Assembly: GCF_006345805.1 (NCBI RefSeq)
Contig: NC_042997.1
Coordinates: 86,242,001-86,306,000, forward strand
Source: Octopus sinensis
Lineage: Eukaryota
DNA: 64,000 bases
Reading direction: 5' to 3'
Part shown: piece after piece, positions 1 through 13,022 of the stretch
Numbering within the stretch: the stretch's first letter is position 1
How the letters are laid out: each line of letters starts with the position of its first letter
Made by a program: the position numbers and the translations under genes
The notes under the pieces: generated by a model
What the model saw: the letters and a program-made list of their open reading frames with translations, nothing else
What the model was told of the DNA's origin: nothing
Database searches by the model: none

Positions 1-56
1 AAAAAGAAACAGACATAAAAATTATAATGACAAGGGTAAAAATATATGATATATAC

Positions 57-1260
57 CATCATCATCACTTAACGTCCACTTTCCATGCTGGCATGGGTTG
101 GATGGTTTGACTGAAAACTGGTAAGCTGGGGGAGAGGGCTGCACCAGGTTCCAATCTGATTTGGCTAGATACCCTCCCTAATGCCAACCACTCTGAGAGT
201 GTAGTAGGTGTTTTTTCCTGCCGCTGGCATGGGTGCCAATGACCTGACACCAGCATCAGCCACAACTATGGTCTCACTTGGTTTGATAGGTCTATACAAG
301 CACAGTATATTGCCAAAGGTCTTGTTCACCTGTCACTGCCTTCATGAGGCCCACCACTCAAATGGTGCTCTTAACGTGCCACCAGCACAGGTGCCCATCA
401 AACGGCACTGGCATCAGCCATGACTATGATTTCACTCGGTTTGACAGATCTTCACAAGCACAGCATATTGCCCAACTATTGAAGAGTGCTTTCAATGGGC
501 TAGTTATGCAGCACTGGCATCAGCCACAACTACAGTCTCACTTGGCTTTATGTCACTGCTTCCATGAGGCCCAATGTTCAAATGGTGCCTTTTACATGCT
601 AACAGCATGGGTGCCAATCAGATGGCACTGGCATCAGCTACAACTACAATTTCACTTGGTTCAACAGGTTCACAAGCACAGTATATTGCTCAACAATTGA
701 AGGGTGCTTTTAACAGGCCAGTTACATGACACCAGCACCAGCCACAACTACTATCTCACTTGGCTTGAAGAGTCTTCTCAAGCACAGCATATCTCCAAAG
801 ATCTCTGTTGCTTGTCATTGCCTCTGCACGCCCCAACATTTGAAGATTGTGCTTCACTACCTCATCCCATGTCTTCCTGGGTTTACCTCTTCCACAGGTT
901 CCCTCCACCATTTAGAGTGTGACACTTCTTCACACAGCTGTCCTCATTCATACGTATCACATGACCATACCAGCACAGTTATCTCTCTTGCACACCACAT
1001 CTAATGCTTCTTATCTCCAACTGTTCTCTTAGGATGCTTACATTCTGTCATGCCTACACACTGACATTACACATCCAGTGGAGTATACTAGCTTCATTTC
1101 TTACAAGCTTATGCATGTTCTCAGTAATCACAGCCCATGTTTCACTGCTGTGTAGCACGGTTGTTCACACACAGGCATCATACAGTCTGCCATTCACTCT
1201 GAGCAAGAAACCCTTTGTTACCAGCAGAAGTAGAAGCTCTCTGAACTTTTCCCAACCTAT
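57..1260 (-). mobile_element. RTE-clade LINE, 5'-truncated copy (C-terminal ORF remnant, tandem-repeat 3' UTR, (ATG)n tail)
   Basis: The reverse complement of about 780-1260 encodes degenerate W.KFRELL..LVTKG...GRLYDACV...ETWAV...WYGHV...CVKKCH...GRGKPRKTWDEVVKH, matching the C-terminus of the full copy at 43220-43660. Bases 57-215 match the shared RTE 3' tail (catcatcatcac...ttccatgctggcatgggttgga). Confidence 0.85.
208..780 (-). repeat. Degenerate tandem repeats in the RTE 3' UTR
   Basis: Motifs such as ggcactggcatcagccacaacta and ttcacaagcacagcatattgc recur about 4-5 times. The same unit appears on the + strand at about 3315-3590. Confidence 0.75.
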
Positions 1261-1429
1261 TTTAGACCTTTTAATTGGCCAAAGAATGATAAGTTATTCT
1301 TTGGTCAATTATTCAGAAGCCTCTTTGCCAATCCAAGTGTATATCAAATAAGTATGTTATAATCCTCACAGAATGAATAGCAAAAATATTGGGGGAAAGT
1401 TTATACAAATAATCCCATGAATGACCATG

Positions 1430-1726
1430 GGATTCCACCTAGAAAGCTCTCCTCCAAGGCACAAGTCCAGGCAAGGTTGCTTATTGAAGACCAACAGTCA
1501 CCCATGCATACCAGCCTCCCTTCTCCACACCACCAATGTTATCCAAGGGAAAGGCAAAAGCCAATACAGCTTGGCACCAGTGATGTCGCAACTCATTTTT
1601 ACAGCTGAGTGAAGTGGAGCAGCATGAAATAAAGTGTCTTGCTCAAGAACACAGCATACAGCCCAGTCTGAGAATCAAATCCACTACCTCATGATTGTGA
1701 GCCCAACACTCTAACCACTGAGCCAT
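1430..1726 (-). mobile_element. tRNA-derived SINE (family D, CORE-like body)
   Basis: The reverse complement begins tggctcagtggttagagtgttgggctcacaatcatgaggtagtggatttgattctc (A/B-box-like), followed by gtgttcttgagcaagacact...ccacttcactcagctg. A related copy lies at about 32180-32405. Confidence 0.7.
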
Positions 1727-1742
1727 ATATATATATATATAT

Positions 1743-3728
1743 GCAGCTGGTGCAAAGTCCCATCCAAACCTAGTGTGACATGGTGGGGGAACAACGCTGT
1801 AGACAAGGCCATTAGAGCAAAGAAACTAGCCTGGAAGGCCTGGAAGAGTTGGGGTAGCAGGAAACTGTATCAAATAGCCAGAAGGGAAGCTAAGGGACAG
1901 GTATAGTTACCCAAGGGAGAAGCAGAAAAGAAGTATTTTGCCTATGTTCAATGACATGAGGACTAAAGAACTGAAGTGTTTTGGATTGCAAGACAGTATC
2001 TGAGAGAAAATTGTGATGTCATAGGAGAGAAATGTGTCTACATGGATAATGGTGCACTTGCATTTAATGATTCTGCAAAGAGAGAGGCTTGGAAATGTCA
2101 TTATGAAAGACTGCTGAACATGGAGAGTGAATGGGAGGAGGAGAATCTGCCAAATGTTGACCCAAATGAGGAACTAGCTGCGCAAATCTATGGTATCTTG
2201 GTATATAAAGTGATTAAGGATATGAAGAGAGGGAAAGCCCCCAACCCTTCAAGAATCACTGCTGAGATGCTTAAAATATGGTCTAGTCACCTGTATTGTA
2301 AATCAGGTGGTTCATGAAGGAGCCATACCCAGTAAGTGGTGTAGCAGTACCTTGGTCAACTGCTACAAAGGTAAAGGAGATGTCTTAGATAGAAATAATT
2401 ACAGAGGTATCAAATTGTTGGATCAGGTGATGAAAGTTATGAAGAGAGTCATAGCCCAACTAATTAGAGAGAGAGAGTTAGTCCAGATGAGATGTAATTT
2501 GGTTTTGTGCAAGGAGAAGCACCACTTATGCTATATTTCTGGTAAGGCACCTGCAGGAGAAACACCTAGCCAGAAATAAACCTCTGTACTTGGCTTTTGT
2601 TGACTTGGAAAAAGCCTTTGTACAGGGACACTACCAGTAAGGTGAGGGTTGGCAACAAATACAGCAAAGGATTCAGGGTACAAGTAGGGGTTCACCAAGG
2701 ATCAGTGCTCACACCCCGCTCCTTGTTCATCATAGTCTTCCAGGCAGTAACAGAGAAATTTGAGACAGGCTACTTCTGGGAACTCCTCTATGCTGTTGAC
2801 CTTGTTCTTATTACTGAATCACTACCAGAACTAGAGAAGTGCCAGGTATGGAAGCAAGGTCTAGAATTGAAGGGCCTTAGAGTTAACCTAGCAAGAACCA
2901 AAGTCTTAGTAAGTAGGAAGGCAGACAAATCACAAATCCCTTCAGGTAGAGGGCCCTGCTCAATCTGTAGAAAAGGTGTAGCTAGAAGCTCCATAAGATG
3001 CATCAGGTGTAAGCTTTGGACACATAAAAGGTGCAGCAATATCAGAGAAAAGTTAACAGGGAAAATAGCTTTTGTATGTAGAAGGTGCACTGGTACAATA
3101 AACACTGAAAATGTACAGAAAATAAACTCCAACTGCCAGTGGGGTAAGCTAGAAGTAGTAAATTGCTTCTGTTATCTAGGTGACCAAGTTAGTAGTGGAC
3201 GTGAATGCTCCAAGACCGTAGCTGTAAGAATAAGAATAGGCTGGGCAAAGTTCAGAGAACTCCTGCCTTTTCTGGCAATAAAGAACCTCTCCCTCAGAGA
3301 CAATGACTAGTGACCAAAACTTTTGGCAATATGCTGTGTTTGAGAAGGCCTGTCAAGCCAAGTGAAATCATAGTTGTGGTCGATGATGCTGTTACATAAC
3401 TGGCACGTAAAAAGCACCTTTCGAGTGCTGGGCCTGATGGAGGCAATGACCAAGACCTTTGGCATAATGTCATGCTTCAGAAGAAGACACATCAAGCCGA
3501 GAAAAATCACAGTCGTGGCAGATACTGGTGTCACACAAATGGCACCAATGCTGAGGGCATGTAAAAGCACCCATTACACTCTCTGAGTGGTTCACGTTAG
3601 GAATGGCTTTCAGCTGTAGAAACATGGCAAATCAAACTGGAGTCTGGTGCAGTCTTCCAGCTTGCCAGCCCCAGTCAAACCATCCAGCCCATGCCAGCAT
3701 GGAGAACGGACGTTAAATGATGATGATA
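1743..3728 (+). mobile_element. RTE-clade LINE, 5'-truncated and internally deleted copy (RT remnant with PHD-like finger)
   Basis: ORF fragments NYRGIKLLDQVMKV, GVHQGSVL, ELLYAVDL, GLRVNLARTK and CSICRKG...WTHKRC...CRRC align with the full copy from about 41640 onward. It has frameshifts, stops and deletions near 2620 and 3300, and ends aacggacgttaaatgatgatgat. (TA)n lies on both sides. Confidence 0.92.
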
Positions 3729-3877
3729 ATATATATATATATAATATATATATATATATAATATATATATATATGGAATATATAGTTCAGATGTACAAAA
3801 AACAAAAGACAGACAGGTGAAGGAGCAACAAACAAAATGTATTGGTTTGACATTCAGGTAAAATGTAAATATATATG

Positions 3878-3916
<39 letters not shown>

Positions 3917-6186
3917 CTGATGTATATATATAGCTGATATATATAGTTGATATATGTTAAGTTTGCCATAAGGTGGTGAAAATCTCTAAATGTTTCTAGT
4001 TAAGACAGAGCCCTTTATTTAGATAAAATATTTGGGGTTCTCCCACTGTCTGAGGTTTTGAAATTCTCTCTTTCTCATTCTTTAATTATCTCTTTTTCTT
4101 CTCTCTATTTTTTCCTACTTATTTTACTGATTTCTTTACTTATTTTATTGATTTCTACCATCTCAGAACATCCACTCTTAGTTAATCTTACTGAATTATT
4201 ATTGTTCTTGTTGTTGTTCCTCTCAAGACAGGTCCTGGTTGAACACACATGATCAGTCATGTTCAAGCTGTGACCATCTGATTTATTTTGTTTTTGCTTC
4301 CTCAGACAGTGGAATTACCACATTATCTTCCTTTCTGTTGTTACTCCTTTTAACCAAATTAATGTCAACCTTCCCAGTACTGCTTCTATTAAAGATCTCA
4401 AACCTTGCCAATTTGTTCATTGAAGATAGTAAATTGAGTAGAATCAAGAGATCATCAGACAGAATGCTAAACAGTATTCATTCTGGCTCTCTGCACCCTG
4501 GTTTCAAATCCCACTGAAGTCAACTTTGCCTTTCATTATTTTTGGGTCATTAAGTAAAGTAGTAATTCAGTGCTAAAGTCTTCCAGTCTTTTCTTTCCCT
4601 TTTTCTCCCACCAACTCTTTTTTTTCTCCCCTCACTCTCTCTCAAAGACATTGGCTGTGGTCAGGTCTGAAAAGAGATGTGCTTTGCCAAGTTTAAATAC
4701 TTAAAACACACTGTATGTTACAACAATACCTCTGTGACTATCAGGAGTTGAAGAGGCAAGGCAAGAAGCTATTATACAACAGATAGTATTAGATTTCAAT
4801 CAATAAAACATTTGTCTTTTATTATTAAGTTAAAAGTTAATTGTTTCACCAAACATCTCATTAATCTTGATTATTTTGAAAATTAAAACACGAAGTCAAC
4901 ATATACTTGTTAAAAATGTAATCATAAAAGTGCTGAGACAGTTGACTTTGATTTGAGGGAGATTTGGTTGCTATTACTCATAGACTGAGTGAGAACATAG
5001 ATTATATTTTATATAAATCATTAGCAGCAGCATTTAACATCCATTTATCATGTTTACATGGGTTAGACAGCTTGACAGGGGCTGCACCAGGTTCCATAGT
5101 TTGCTTTGACTTGATTTCTTCAGCCTGATGCCCTTCCTAATGCCAACCACTTTACAGAGTGTACCTGGGTGCTTTTTATGTGGCATAAGTTGAAGCTAGA
5201 TTGTGAAGGAGATAAGTCATATTTTTTATGGGTTGGGATTTTATAATTTTGATCTTTGGTTATTTAGGAGAGAAATAATAAAGCAGGAAACCATATTTGT
5301 TTGATTTTGAAAGCAGAGACAAATAAGTTGTTGTTTAGCTCCCACCAGTATGCCCTGATCCAGAAGATCTATCATTGAAGGTGTTCCAACTGTGAAAACA
5401 ATCCCTTTTTTCTTTAATAGGGCTATTCCATCCAGTGTGTTTCTCTATTTTTTTAAGATGGTGAACTGTGATTTGAGGGAGATATGATTGTTATTTCTAG
5501 CAGGTCCACCTAGGGTCTCCCGCATTGACTCATATATGCTCATGATGAATATGGTTAAGTAGTGATAATAATACTAGAAGCAATAGTAATGATGATAATA
5601 ATGATGATGACAGTCATGATGGGGGGTGGAGTGGTGTTGGCAAGCAGTAGTGGCAGCAATAGTAGTGAACTGATGATCGGTACAACACCAACAGCTTCAT
5701 TAAACATAATCGCTTTCATTATAATGGAGTTGACTGGCACTCAGAGAATCACCGAGGCAATTATGATGATGTTAATGGTGGTTGTGATGCTGGTGCTGGT
5801 GAATTGTACCAAGTGCCACTTTCTGCTGTTTACTAGCACTGCACTCGTGCTGCAACCCAAGTTAATGGGTTAAAAAAAGAAATTCTGCTTTTAACCTAAT
5901 CACCCAAACCCATTGCCATCATCACCACCAAAAACAGTAAGAAATATGTGTTTGCATGCACTCGTGTGTGACTGGAGCATGTTAATACTATTGATTTAAG
6001 TATCATAATACTGCAAAAGAAAAAGCTAAAATACATATGTCTGAGTGGTTAAGTTCATATTTTGCAAACCATGGTTTCAGGTTCAGTCCCATTGCATGGT
6101 ACCTTGGTCAAGTGTCTTCTACTGTAGCCCCAGGTTACCCAATATCTTGCAACTGAATTTAGTAGACAGAAACCATGGAAGCCCAT

Positions 6187-6225
<39 letters not shown>

Positions 6226-6282
6226 CGTTTTGGGATTTGGTTTGCAAGATTCTTTATGTGAGTTCGTGTGTTGAAGCATATT

Positions 6283-8050
6283 TTGTTGTATCTGGGGAGA
6301 GTCATTCTCTTTTAGTGCCTTATAATTTAACACATTCACTGGTAAAGTTTCCACTCATTTACTTATTTATTTTTCTAAAATTTTTGTTGCATCTTGCATC
6401 CTTTTCAATAGTTGTTAACTCAGTCCGTTATCTGAGCTGCGTTCTTTTTGTATGTTTGTGCGCATGTGTGTGGATCAGTGTGTGTATGTGTGTGCATACA
6501 CATGTATGTATGTATGCATGCATGTAAGTGTGTATGTATTTATGTATGTGTGTACGTTTGCATGTATGTATGTATTCTGCATGTTTGTCTGTTTTTATGT
6601 CTGTGTGTGTGTACCTCTGTCTCCTTGTGTGTGCATGTCTGAGTGTGTGTATAGGTTTTTATGACTATGTACTGTGTCTGTATGTATAGATGTGTGTCTC
6701 CATACGTGTAGATATGTGTCTCTACATGTGTCCTTGTGTGAAGTGAAGTGTGTGTGTATATGGTCATGTGTTTCAGTCTTCATTTGCGTATGTGTATGTG
6801 TGCTTGTCTGTTCATATTACCTATGTGTGGAGGCGCAATGGCCTAGTGGTTAGGGCAGTGGACTCACGGTCATAGGATCGTGGTTTCGATTCCCAGACCG
6901 GGCGCTGTGAGTGTTTATTGAGCGAAAACACCTAAAGCTCCACGAGGCTCCGGCAGGTGATGGTGGTGATCCCTGCTGTACTCTTTCACCACTCTTTCTC
7001 TCACTCTTACTTCCTGTTTCTGTTGTACCTGTATTTCAAAGGGCCGGTCTTGTCACTCTCTGTGTCACGCTGAATATCCCCGAGAACTACGTTAAGGGTA
7101 CACGTGTCTGTGGAGTGCTCAGCCACTTACACATTAATTTCATGAGCAGGCTGTTCCGTTGATTCGGATCAACCGGAACCCTCATCGTCGTAACCGACGG
7201 AGTGCTTCCAATTACCTATGTACCTGTCCGTCTGTATGTCTGTCTGTTTACATTCATATCCATTTGCCTACGTGCATATACATATATACACACCCACATA
7301 TATACATCTACATAACAGCCCACTAACTATTCTACCTGTATATAAATATAAACTGCTAGTATGAGATTATGATTACCTACTATGCATACTTTCTGTTTAG
7401 TACTGTTTCATTTATGAGGACATACTCCTGTATTTGTCTGAGGGTTGGGTCCTTTAGGTGCTTGGATAAAATTTATTGTGTGTGTATATATATATATGCA
7501 TAAATGTATATGCACATGTATGTAGGCAAATGGATATAAATGTAAACAGATAGACATACAGATGAACAGGTACATAGGTAATATGAACAGACAAGCACAC
7601 ATACACACACATATGCAAATGAAGACTGAAACACATGACCATATACACATACACTTCACTTCAGGCAAGGACACATATGGAGACACACATCCATACAAAT
7701 GGAGATACATATCTATACATACAGACGCAGTACATAGTCACAAAAACCCATACACACACACACACACACATGTAAACACACACAAACACAAGCATATGAA
7801 TATGCAGAATACATACATACAAATGTACACACACTTACATACATACATGTGTGTATGCGCACACACACTGACCCACACACATGCACACAAACAAACAAAA
7901 AGAACACAGCTCGGATAACGGACAGTCAATGACCATTGAAAAGGTTGCAAGATGCAATGATAAGTTTAGGAAAAATGAGTGGAAATTTTACCAGTGATTG
8001 TGTTAAATAATAAGGCACTAAAAGAGAATGACTCTCCCCAGACACAACAA
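6283..8050. repeat. Long inverted repeat / foldback structure of a dispersed TG/CA-rich repeat
   Basis: The left arm (about 6283-7295, interrupted by a SINE) is the reverse complement of the right arm (about 7478-8050), for example ctggggagagtcattctcttttagtgcctt versus aaggcactaaaagagaatgactctccccag. The spacer is about 180 bp. A third partial copy lies at about 16400-16690. Confidence 0.85.
6827..7210 (+). mobile_element. tRNA-derived SINE (family A), full length with 11-bp TSD
   Basis: A box tggcctagtgg and B box ggtttcgattcc are present. The direct repeat attacctatgt flanks it at 6816-6826 and 7211-7221, and the opposite palindrome arm carries the empty site with a single copy. Confidence 0.92.
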
Positions 8051-8080
8051 TATATATATATATATATATAAATTCAATTA

Positions 8081-8288
8081 TTATAAGCATAATTATGATT
8101 AGGGTTCAGCAAAATTGCTCCACCATATACCGAAATTTAGAAATAGCAGTTAAATACTATTCCACTACCATAAGATATCTCATCTGGGAGATATCTTATG
8201 GTAGTGGAATAATATCTAACTGCTATTTCTAAATTTCGGTATGTGGTGAAGCAATTTTGCTGAACCCTAATTATAATTATGCTTATAA
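8081..8288. repeat. Near-perfect hairpin (101-bp arms, 6-nt loop), MITE-like or retroelement-derived
   Basis: 8081-8181 is the reverse complement of 8188-8288 with 5 mismatches; the loop is atctgg. Confidence 0.9.
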
Positions 8289-10129
8289 TTATAAAATTTT
8301 TGTATAAGGTTACCGATAATGGTTCTTTTAACATACCGAACTACTTGGTAAAATTATTAATTATTAATTGATTAATTAATTTTCCCCTTTATTATTATTG
8401 ATTTTATATATAACTCAACTGCTATTCAAACTCAAGAGTTGAAGTTAGGTTGCATGTTTCAGCAGAGGAAGCTTGTTAACATCAGATGAAACAGAACAGT
8501 TGGGTACCAAGAGCAACATGGCTGCTACATTTGATCAACTAATCAATCCTGAGTGGTGACAGGGACAAACTGAGCAGCTGGGTTGATTTAATTGTAGATT
8601 GACTCTATAGAATAGTAATTCAGTAGGTTGCACTACAAAATTTATTTGTGACACATTAGCTTTTAATGAAATTCCTCCTGGGGAAGTTATCTGAAATAAA
8701 TTGGTATTCTAATTAGAAAGAGATCTGTTCCTCATCTACTCTTAGCAAAATAGTAAGAAGCTACCTTGGAATTTTTTTTTGTTTTGTTTTTTTCCTTTGT
8801 TATTCATATACATGCCACTGCCAAGTGTCACATGGCAGTTCAATCCTAGCCTATATAGGTCTCCTACCTAGCCCCAGAGATGCTACCAAAACTCAAACTA
8901 TCCTGAAGGATAAACAACGCCTAATTAACTCCAACAGACTCATTGCAACTGAAGGATGCTGGTCGAATATAAACCCAGTTCACAGATTCATTTTATGTTA
9001 TCTCAATGCATGGAAACATTCCTAGATTTAACTGATCTCATGGTTCAAAGTTAAGCCATTGCTATTACAAGCACATCACCCAACTTTGCTAGTTTCCAAG
9101 ATTGCCTGTAGAACATATAGTCGCTAGCTTTCCTGCCAGTTTCCTAGTAAATGAGCAAGAAATTGCCAGAATGGATTGATAATCATCTATCATACACAGA
9201 TTTGACCTTGCCACATCTGATCACATTCATTTTAGTTAGACATGTTCCAAACCTAAGTCTAACCATGAGCACAAGCTCTCTTACCACACCAGTCACAACT
9301 ATATAGAAAGATAACCAAGAGATAAGCACCAGCCCAATGGACTACAGAAGTACTTTTAGAGTATACAGTTATGAGAAGAAACACGTCCATAAACTGTCAG
9401 TGACAATACCCATGTATTGTTGCAATGATGATAGTTAGTTTTAGACCCTATTAAATTGTTGAGTATCTATGAAAGACCCATTTTTTGCATGTGAAAATAT
9501 AAGAGAGGGACACTGCCATAATATCCTATTAATTGCTTGAAGCTTATGGAAAGAATTGAACCCAAGACTGCAAAATAAGAAAATACTGATCAATTATACG
9601 TTGTTTCTATATGAGCCCATATGGTTGCTCAATCTGCCGGAAAAAGCAGTCAAATCTTACTCAAATCACACATATTTCTGTGAAGGTAAGGAAATACTTG
9701 CTCTATTAACCCTTAAGAGATAGTTAGGCTCATATGTAGAAAGTTTCATTTTGATAGAAAGTTGCCATGGTCAAGCAAGTGGTACTAACAAATATATGGA
9801 ATACTTGAAAAGGAAATAAAGTCAACAAAGTGCCAAATTTAACATGTTGCTTACAGATTGTACAAATAGCTTACAATGACTCTTAAAGTATCTGTGTTTG
9901 TGCAGAGGTAATATATTTTTATGATAAAAGCACAAAAGGTTTCGATACAAATTGCTTTGGGTATATGAGAACATGAAATAAGCTTTGAAATGATAAACTC
10001 AATCAATCTCTTGTCTCTATTTTTCTCTCTGCATTTTCCTTTTCATTTACTCTATCCCCTCTTTTATGTCTCTCCTTCATTCTATTCATTTCAAACTTTA
10101 ACTATTTTTGTACCGTTCTTTTATTGCAG

Positions 10130-10327
10130 GTACCATCCAGCATCGTTTGAAGAGGAATACCACAGACAATAACCAAGTGATTCTAAGAATCGCTCAACCT
10201 CCTCACAGACAGATAAAATGCATCTATCCAGAAGTTCCCTGTGCAGATAGCAGGCGCTGTTATCACAGCATATATGAACGCTGCAATGGCGAAGAAGACT
10301 GCTATGATGGGTCCGATGAGTTTGGTT
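10130..10327 (+). CDS. Internal exon of an LDLa-TM protein: furin-type site plus LDL-receptor class A module
   Basis: Acceptor ttttattgcag at 10129 and donor gtaagt at 10328, phase 1-1. It encodes GTIQHRLKRNTTDNNQ...CIYPEVPCADSRRCYHSIYERCNGEEDCYDGSDEFG, with LDLa Cys spacing and the acidic DCxDGSDE Ca-binding motif. The 6th Cys codon (t|gt) is completed by the next exon. Confidence 0.93.
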
Positions 10328-12617
10328 GTAAGTTCATTTGTTTTATTTACAGATTCTATTTCAAGTGATTTATTCTCCATCCCTACAGACATATAAATAA
10401 ATTGAGAAAGTATATGTAGTTCTAAGTGTAGTTCTAGTTTCCTTTATGGCTCGTATATGCTGAAACCCCCTTCAGTCATGACTGACCATGGGATTGCACC
10501 TAGGATGTGGAAACTGGTTTTTAATGTTTCTCTTTGTACTTCTGGAAATATTAAAGTTTGCACAAATATTTGCAAAGCTATTTCTTCAAATTATGTTGAC
10601 TAGTATCCTTTCACATGCGTTAGGTGTTTTTGAGATAATAAAAAACTGGAGAAGAAAAGTAGTTTTGATTAACTTACAAAAGTTTTTTATAAAATAAACA
10701 CTTGTAGAAGTATGAGGACGCATGGTTTGGTGTTTAGGGTGTTTCACTCACAAATGTGAGATTGCAGTTTCAATTCCTCAGGGGGAGGTGGTCTCCATTT
10801 TACTATACATGATCAGCTATACCTGATTTATCAATATCTTCTCATGTCACATCTTTGTGATGTTTGTCTACCCTTATTTTGAGAGGCATGTCTCACCTTT
10901 GTATAACCTACCACAGCTGCATGGGATGGAGTACACACAATCTTTGGTAATATTCTCTTCTATTGGTGATTTTACTCGAAGGAGATATTTGCAAAGTGTT
11001 GTATTACTCTTTCTGCTGATATACCCTCCAGCCTTTCAAATGATTTACTAAGACAGAATACATACAGCTTTTCGGCCAAACAGACGAAAATGATGGTTAA
11101 TGCCTAGAGGAAATCCCGAATGGATATAGAAAGTGAAATAGCCAGAGAATAGATAGATATTGACCAGCAAGCTAAGTGTCTGGTGACAAAAGGCAGAGAG
11201 ATGGGAAAATTAGTCACAAGTCACATGTGGGCAGTAGACAGAGGGGAAGGAAGATGAGAGAGAGGGAGAAAGAGAGTTGCAGAGAGAACAGGGAAGGAAA
11301 GAAGGGAGAAAGTCTACAATTATAAGTGAGAGGGTGAGAGAGGAAGAGAGGAAGTTGGGGTGTTAGAAAAGGAATATGAGGACAAGAGAGAAAGAAAGAA
11401 AGGAGAGTCACAAAAAATATATAAAAACTTACTGTTAACAAAAGTCGGGATGTGTGGCATTCAGTTACTCAATAAATGAAAAATGCAATAAATACTAAAA
11501 AATGTACACGTAGGACAGACACTGAAGGATCTTAATTCTTCTTCAGTTATCAACCAAAATATTAATACATAGTTTCATGCCTTTAATGATAACTGAAAAT
11601 TTTGCATATCAGTAGCACCCACAAAATTTGTGGGGAATTAGGGCTCAAGCAAACAAAATGACACAGAGTGGAGATACAAAAGTAAACAAATGTAATTTAA
11701 AACTATTGACAAAGACAGAATAAATATATATATATATATATATTATTCAGGCACTTACGCTTGCCAGTTTTACAAATTTTCTAATAATGAAACCATTATC
11801 CCACATGTTCTCAAAGATGCAAAGTTAAGCAGATGACTTTTCAATGGAAGAAGTAACAACAAAAATATCATCTGTAGCAAGTGACTTTCTTTGAGAGCAA
11901 GTGTAAAGAAATACACAGATACACATGCACATATGTATACATATACATAAACATACATAGACAGAGAGAGAAAGAGAGTGTTGTAATGAACATCCTTGTG
12001 ATTCTAAACTCCAAAAGATTACATATTCTGAGAAGTCCCGAAGGATGAAATTTATAAATGATTTATAAATGTCTATTATATTTCTTCTGTTTGTGTTTCT
12101 TATCTCTTTCAATAGAAATTAACATTAATTGCCAACTTAAAGCTATTCTTTAGCAACAGATGTATTCACAAACCATTTTCTGTTCAGGCACAAGACGTGG
12201 CAATTTCCTTCTGAGTTATTCTCCAACTAACCAATTCAGTTGAAATATTGAAATTTTACATTATATTTATGTCTTGTCTTTAATAATATCTAGTCTGTCA
12301 TTTTCAAGAACTGACCATATTTGTTACTTAATCTTTGAATCAATGAAACTTGAAAATATGACATCCAGTTCCTTTATTTCACTGCAATGTCTCTGTTTTA
12401 CAATATTAAGGTAGCTGTATCACTGAAATTATTGACTCATTATACATATATGCATGTTCAATGTTGTCTGCTCTCTCAGTCTAATGGTTAAGTTATGATT
12501 TAATGTTCCTGATTTCAAGAAATCATTACTTATTCTTAAGCCTAAATATCTTTATGTGTGTATGTATGTATATTGAACTTAGAGACATGTGTTTGTATCC
12601 ATATTGTAAGCATAGAG

Positions 12618-12800
12618 GCATGGCTGTATGGTTGAAAAGTGTGTTCCCAACAATGTGGTTTTGAGTTCAGGCCTATTGCATGGTAGCTTGAGTAAGTTTC
12701 TTCTGCTAAAATAGACTTGACCTCAACAAAACGTTGTGAATGGATTTGATAGTTGAAAACTGAAAGAAGCCCATTATTTGTATGTGTGCTTCTTTGTGTC
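12618..12800 (+). mobile_element. tRNA-derived SINE (family C), 5' part
   Basis: ggcatggctgtatggttgaaaag...gaaaactgaaagaagccc matches other family C copies in the window. Confidence 0.65.
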
Positions 12801-13022
12801 ACCCTGTCTTGATATCATGTAATAGTTGTAAATGAACAAAAATATATCTAGCCATGAGGAAATATTTATGTTGCTTGTAAAAAGCTGAGAATAAATGACA
12901 GGAAGGCCATGAAAAATCTGTCTACATGTATATGCACTCATACATATGTATATACTAGTGTGTGCGTATGTGTATGTATTTATTTACTCACACACACATG
13001 AACAAGCACACACACACATCTA

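Noticed and set aside
4058-4517. Hydrophobic Leu/Ile-rich ORFs resembling signal peptides
   Set aside because: These are low-complexity T-rich sequence with no suitable phase-1 donor or motif support.
5555-5873. Met/Ile/Val-rich ORFs on both strands
   Set aside because: They are translations of a degenerate (ATG/GTG/TAG) trinucleotide tract.
6827-6900. tRNA-like sequence with A and B boxes
   Set aside because: It is the head of a SINE: it continues into a 380-bp repeat body with a TSD, has a second copy, and forms no complete cloverleaf.
6448-7950. Many 60-120 aa CVCM/HTHT ORFs (also at 14600-14940, 16190-16600, 30800-31000 and 61000)
   Set aside because: They are microsatellite and TG/CA-repeat translations.
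9857-9907. Candidate upstream exon for the LDLa gene (ag...gtaata)
   Set aside because: It has a stop in the phase-1 frame, and its ATG frame ends in phase 2, which is incompatible with the 10130 acceptor.
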